Source: Puniceicoccaceae bacterium
GTDB taxonomy: Bacteria > Verrucomicrobiota > Verrucomicrobiia > Opitutales > Coraliomargaritaceae
Length of the DNA: 33,353 nt
Reading direction: 5' to 3'
Assembly (NCBI GenBank): GCA_050301675.1
Contig: JBNKZP010000001.1
Location: 1 to 33,353, forward strand
Positions 29,712 through 33,353 of the stretch are shown here, piece by piece. Position 1 is the first letter of the stretch, and the number at the start of each line of letters is the position of its first letter. The position numbers and the translations under genes were made by a program. Below the pieces are notes generated by a model. The model had not been told where the DNA came from, made no database searches, and worked only from the letters and a program-made list of their open reading frames with translations.

Positions 29712-29981
29712 TTACGTGTCCTGAACTTCTGTAGACGGAGTTTTAGTCTCTTTACTTTCAACCTTTGGTGTTTTTTGAGGTTCGTCTTCGGAATCCATAG
29801 CTGTGCGAATGTCTTCCTGAACCTCTGAGGCTGCTTTTTTGAATTCTTTGATGGACTTGCCAAAGGATCGGAAGAGTTCCGGCATGCGTTTGGCTCCAAA
29901 AAGAAGCAAAACAATCAGAAAAATAAGAATCAGTTCCTGAGCGCCCAGATTTTGGATGAAAGCTATTTGCAGAAATTCCAT
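29712..29981 (-). CDS. tatA: Twin-arginine translocase TatA/E
   Basis: LGAQELILIFLIVLLLFGAKRMPELFRSFGKSIKEFKK. Confidence 0.95.
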   Translation of the reverse strand: MEFLQIAFIQNLGAQELILIFLIVLLLFGAKRMPELFRSFGKSIKEFKKAASEVQEDIRTAMDSEDEPQKTPKVESKETKTPSTEVQDT

Positions 29982-30061
29982 GGTAATTGCTGAATATTTT
30001 TATACTATTCGATGGATGCTGGTTTGTCTAATCATGATTTAAAATTTGTTTGAATCGAGGA

Positions 30062-31921
30062 TTAGTCTTTTCCATTATCACGAGTCATGCTATCCATACC
30101 TGGTTTTTCGAGATTGATTTCGCCTTCAAAAAATCCATGCAGTTGACGAATACGGGTCGGATGACGCATTTTACGGAGGGCTTTGGCTTCGATCTGGCGA
30201 ATACGCTCGCGAGTGACTTTGAATTGGCGACCTACTTCTTCGAGTGTTCGGGAATAGCCATCGGCGAGTCCAAAGCGTAGAGAAAGTACCTTGCGTTCGC
30301 GCTCTGTCAGACTATCGAGGACGTCAGTAATTTTTTCACGCAATAGACTATAGGCTGTCATGTCGTAAGGATTTTCGGCGCCTTTGTCTTCGATGAAGTC
30401 TCCAAAGTTGGTGTCGTCAGAGTCGCCGACCGGACTTTGCAATGATATTGGCTGCTGTGCCATTTTCATAATTGCCTGGACGCGCTCAAGTGGCAAATTC
30501 ATCTCGTCGGAGACTTCTTCTGCTGTGGGCTCGTGACCGAGTTCCTGAAGCAGTTGCTTCTGTACCTGCATGACTTTGTTGAGAGTTTCAATCATGTGTA
30601 CCGGGATACGAATAGTGCGGGCCTGGTCTGCAATGGAGCGAGTGATTGCTTGGCGAATCCACCAGGTTGCATATGTAGAGAATTTGTAGCCACGGCGGTA
30701 CTCGAATTTCTCAACTGCTTTCATCAGTCCCATGTTGCCTTCTTGGATAAGGTCGAGGAAAGAAAGACCTCGGTTGGTATATTTCTTGGCAATAGAAATG
30801 ACCAGGCGCAAGTTGGCTTCCACCATCTCTGTCTTGGCTTTGTGTGCCTGGCGCAATCCTACACGAACCTCTTTAATGATTTCCATGAATTCACGCGGAT
30901 CCATCTTGAACTCAAGCTTCAGTTCAGCGAGGCGTTTCTCAATAGCTTTAACGTCTACTTTTTTCTTGCGTCGGAAGGAGACTTTATTGGCTGCCTCCAG
31001 ATCGTCGAAGTAGTTCACTATTTCCCGAAAGACCGGATTTAAGTCATTTAGGAAGTCCTCAAAGATTTTCAGCTTTAGACAATATTTGCGAAGTAGAAGT
31101 CGAAGCTCATTTTCGTACTTTTTCATTCGTGTCAAAGCACGCTTTTTGTTGGTTGGTTTGCCTTCTTTGTCAGCTTCAAGATGACTGTCCCATGCGGCGT
31201 AAATTCGCTCGCCTAGCTTGTGTGCCTGCTCCAAGAGCTTCGGCAGACTGTTAAAGTAAGCCTCACGGCTCTCGACTTTTTTATCGAGAACGACGCGGTC
31301 GAAGCGTTCTTCACGGTTAATCAGTCTTTGTACAACTGAATTCTGAAATTCAAGCGTTAGTGCGGTTGAAAAAAGTGCATCTTGCGCGCGCAGTTCGGCT
31401 TGCTCAATTCGCTTGGAGATAGCCACTTCTTCTTCACGTGTTAGCAGAGGCACCTGTCCCATCTGTTTCAGATACATGCGAACAGGGTCATCCAGGATGT
31501 CATTTTGCGAAGTGCGTACCTCTTTTTCTTCGGTTTCTTCCTGACGCGCTTTGAATGCCTCAACTTCACTATCGTCGAGAATTTCGACTTCGAGGTTTTG
31601 AAGAATGGAAATTACATTTTCAATTTCTTCAGGGTTGTTTACACTGTCGGGAAGCGCTTTGTTAATATCTTTGTAAGTAAGAAAGCCCTGCTCTTTTGAA
31701 AGTCGAATGAGTACTCGAATACGTTCGTTGAGCTTTTCCTGCGCTTTGGCAGAGTTGCGACGTCTTCTAGGCTTGGATACTTTTGCTTCTACCAAAGTTG
31801 TTTTATCCGTTTTTTTGATGGCTTTGGTTTTCTTTCGTGCGGGTTTCTTGTGCGTGGTTTTATTACGCGTAGTTTTAATACGCGTGGTTTTTTTGGCGGT
31901 GGTTTTTTTAGTTGTGGCCAT
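30062..31921 (-). CDS. rpoD: RNA polymerase primary sigma factor
   Basis: [58 protein letters not shown]. Confidence 0.98.
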   Translation of the reverse strand: MATTKKTTAKKTTRIKTTRNKTTHKKPARKKTKAIKKTDKTTLVEAKVSKPRRRRNSAKAQEKLNERIRVLIRLSKEQGFLTYKDINKALPDSVNNPEEIENVISILQNLEVEILDDSEVEAFKARQEETEEKEVRTSQNDILDDPVRMYLKQMGQVPLLTREEEVAISKRIEQAELRAQDALFSTALTLEFQNSVVQRLINREERFDRVVLDKKVESREAYFNSLPKLLEQAHKLGERIYAAWDSHLEADKEGKPTNKKRALTRMKKYENELRLLLRKYCLKLKIFEDFLNDLNPVFREIVNYFDDLEAANKVSFRRKKKVDVKAIEKRLAELKLEFKMDPREFMEIIKEVRVGLRQAHKAKTEMVEANLRLVISIAKKYTNRGLSFLDLIQEGNMGLMKAVEKFEYRRGYKFSTYATWWIRQAITRSIADQARTIRIPVHMIETLNKVMQVQKQLLQELGHEPTAEEVSDEMNLPLERVQAIMKMAQQPISLQSPVGDSDDTNFGDFIEDKGAENPYDMTAYSLLREKITDVLDSLTERERKVLSLRFGLADGYSRTLEEVGRQFKVTRERIRQIEAKALRKMRHPTRIRQLHGFFEGEINLEKPGMDSMTRDNGKD

Positions 31922-31942
31922 AAGTGAGAGCAGATTTTGGTG

Positions 31943-33352
31943 TTAAATTTCTAGTAAATGTGGTTTTGCAAGTTCATTGCGTGCTTCGACGACCTTACGC
32001 ATCAAAAGGCGCTGTTCTTCGTCGGAGGCACTGGCAACCTGTAGTTTCAATGAATTGACGCGGTTACTTAAATAGTTGCGGTACATGTAGTTAAGGTAGC
32101 GATTTATATTATTTTCAGCAGAATCGATTTCAAGATCTTTACTAAGAAGGTCAGCGATCAGTGTTCGGTCTTCAACAGTTTCTATAAGGTGTTCCACATC
32201 TGAGGAATCATCAATAAGTCCTTCACGTATTTCTGCGATAATTCGCTGGAGAAAGTTGCCTGCAGTTGATTTTCGATCAATCCATTCATAATCAATGATT
32301 TCTGATAGTCTTCTACTATATTCGGGAAAGTGTAAAACGAGCCAAAGTAGCTCCCATGTTCCATCTGTCAAGAGCGCGTCTCGATTTAATGAGTGAACCG
32401 GTTTAATGGATTTGCGATTATATTTTGATTTTCGCTGCTTCAGAGCAACCAGATGTTCGTGCAGATCTTCATTTTGCAAGACCTTCAGTAATTTGGCAGC
32501 CGTTGATATATAATCTTCTTTGGCTATCTGTGACGGTACGTAGTCGAGCAATTCGTATACTTTGTCCAACGCTGCTTTTTTTTCTGCGGTCGTTGGCGGA
32601 CGATCTTCAGGGAGGTATTCTGAGATGGCTAGTTCGATTGCTTCTTTGGTATTTTTGCGTAAGTGCTCCAGCGCTTCTGCGCCCTGCCGGCGTAGCAGTT
32701 CATCGGGGTCGCTCTTTTCCGGAAGGAGCAGAAAACGAAATTCCAAACCGGCTTTGAATGCAAGGGGCAGGATACGTAGGGCAGCGCTGCGACCTGCTTT
32801 GTCACCGTCGAGCAGACATTCCACGCAACCCGGCTGATAGCGTCGCATCAACTGTAATTGTTCATCAGTGACCGCAGTGCCTTGTGGAGCAACTGCTGTA
32901 TGGAGTCCAACCGACCAGCAACGAATGGCGTCGAGCTGGCCTTCAACGAGAAGGAAGTTGTCACCTGCTTTAAGATGTTTACGTGCATGATCGATGCCAA
33001 ATAGAACACTGCCTTTGTGGAAAACAGGTGTTTCTGGCGAGTTCACATACTTTGCTTCGTAGGCGGGATCATCTTTGGGGGTCTGTTCTAGTTGTCGGGC
33101 GGTAAATGCAATTACGCGTCCCTGCACGTCGCGGATGGGAATCATCAGTCTTCCGCGAAAGCGGGATTTAAAGGCTGAGTAATTGGTTTCATTCTCACGA
33201 GCGAAAAAGAGGCCACTTTGTTGCATCGCTGTTGTCGAGATGTCTCGGTTTTCCAAGTAGAGTGCGAATTCGTTTTTAGCGGATGGTGCGTATCCTATTT
33301 GAAATTCGTTTGCCGTCTCCAGGGTAAAGCCGCGCTGTTTTTGCCAGTAGTC
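31943..33352 (-). CDS. dnaG: DNA primase (5'-partial)
   Basis: Frame is open to the window edge (DYWQKQRGFTLETANEFQIGYAP); FRGRLMIPI, KYVNSPET, VEGQLD, LDGDKAG, DPDE. Confidence 0.97.
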   Translation of the reverse strand, partial: DYWQKQRGFTLETANEFQIGYAPSAKNEFALYLENRDISTTAMQQSGLFFARENETNYSAFKSRFRGRLMIPIRDVQGRVIAFTARQLEQTPKDDPAYEAKYVNSPETPVFHKGSVLFGIDHARKHLKAGDNFLLVEGQLDAIRCWSVGLHTAVAPQGTAVTDEQLQLMRRYQPGCVECLLDGDKAGRSAALRILPLAFKAGLEFRFLLLPEKSDPDELLRRQGAEALEHLRKNTKEAIELAISEYLPEDRPPTTAEKKAALDKVYELLDYVPSQIAKEDYISTAAKLLKVLQNEDLHEHLVALKQRKSKYNRKSIKPVHSLNRDALLTDGTWELLWLVLHFPEYSRRLSEIIDYEWIDRKSTAGNFLQRIIAEIREGLIDDSSDVEHLIETVEDRTLIADLLSKDLEIDSAENNINRYLNYMYRNYLSNRVNSLKLQVASASDEEQRLLMRKVVEARNELAKPHLLEI

Positions 33353-33353
33353 G

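Overview
Bacterial chromosomal window, by gene content most likely Verrucomicrobiota (Opitutales, Coraliomargarita-like; inference). Most of it is housekeeping. From the left: a 5'-truncated secondary SecA, hpf, SDR, RluA, a CAT-anticodon tRNA and two exbD genes. Then a long co-oriented run rplY-pth-rpsF-ssb-rplI-dnaB-bamA-skp-lpxD-prs-metX-metW, followed by DUF3127, a K+ channel, gluQ, a FecR-like protein and a PglE/PglF-like sugar pair. The right end holds a Mn/Fe/Zn ABC transporter whose first permease is fused to a DtxR/MntR-like domain, tatA, rpoD and a partial dnaG. The accessory signal is mostly non-coding. (i) At 6895-8800 a two-unit cassette-like island places the same 48-bp sequence and a palindromic repeat ahead of each of two unrelated toxin-antitoxin pairs: an intact RelE/ParE pair and a decayed VapBC cut by a probable transposase fragment. 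(ii) Nested miniature elements occur, including a REP doublet inside a TIR-bounded MITE at 1945-2077. (iii) Triple-unit 9-10-bp and heptamer repeats recur at gene junctions, and two of them supply protein C-termini. All product calls come from motif recognition; no database search was run.
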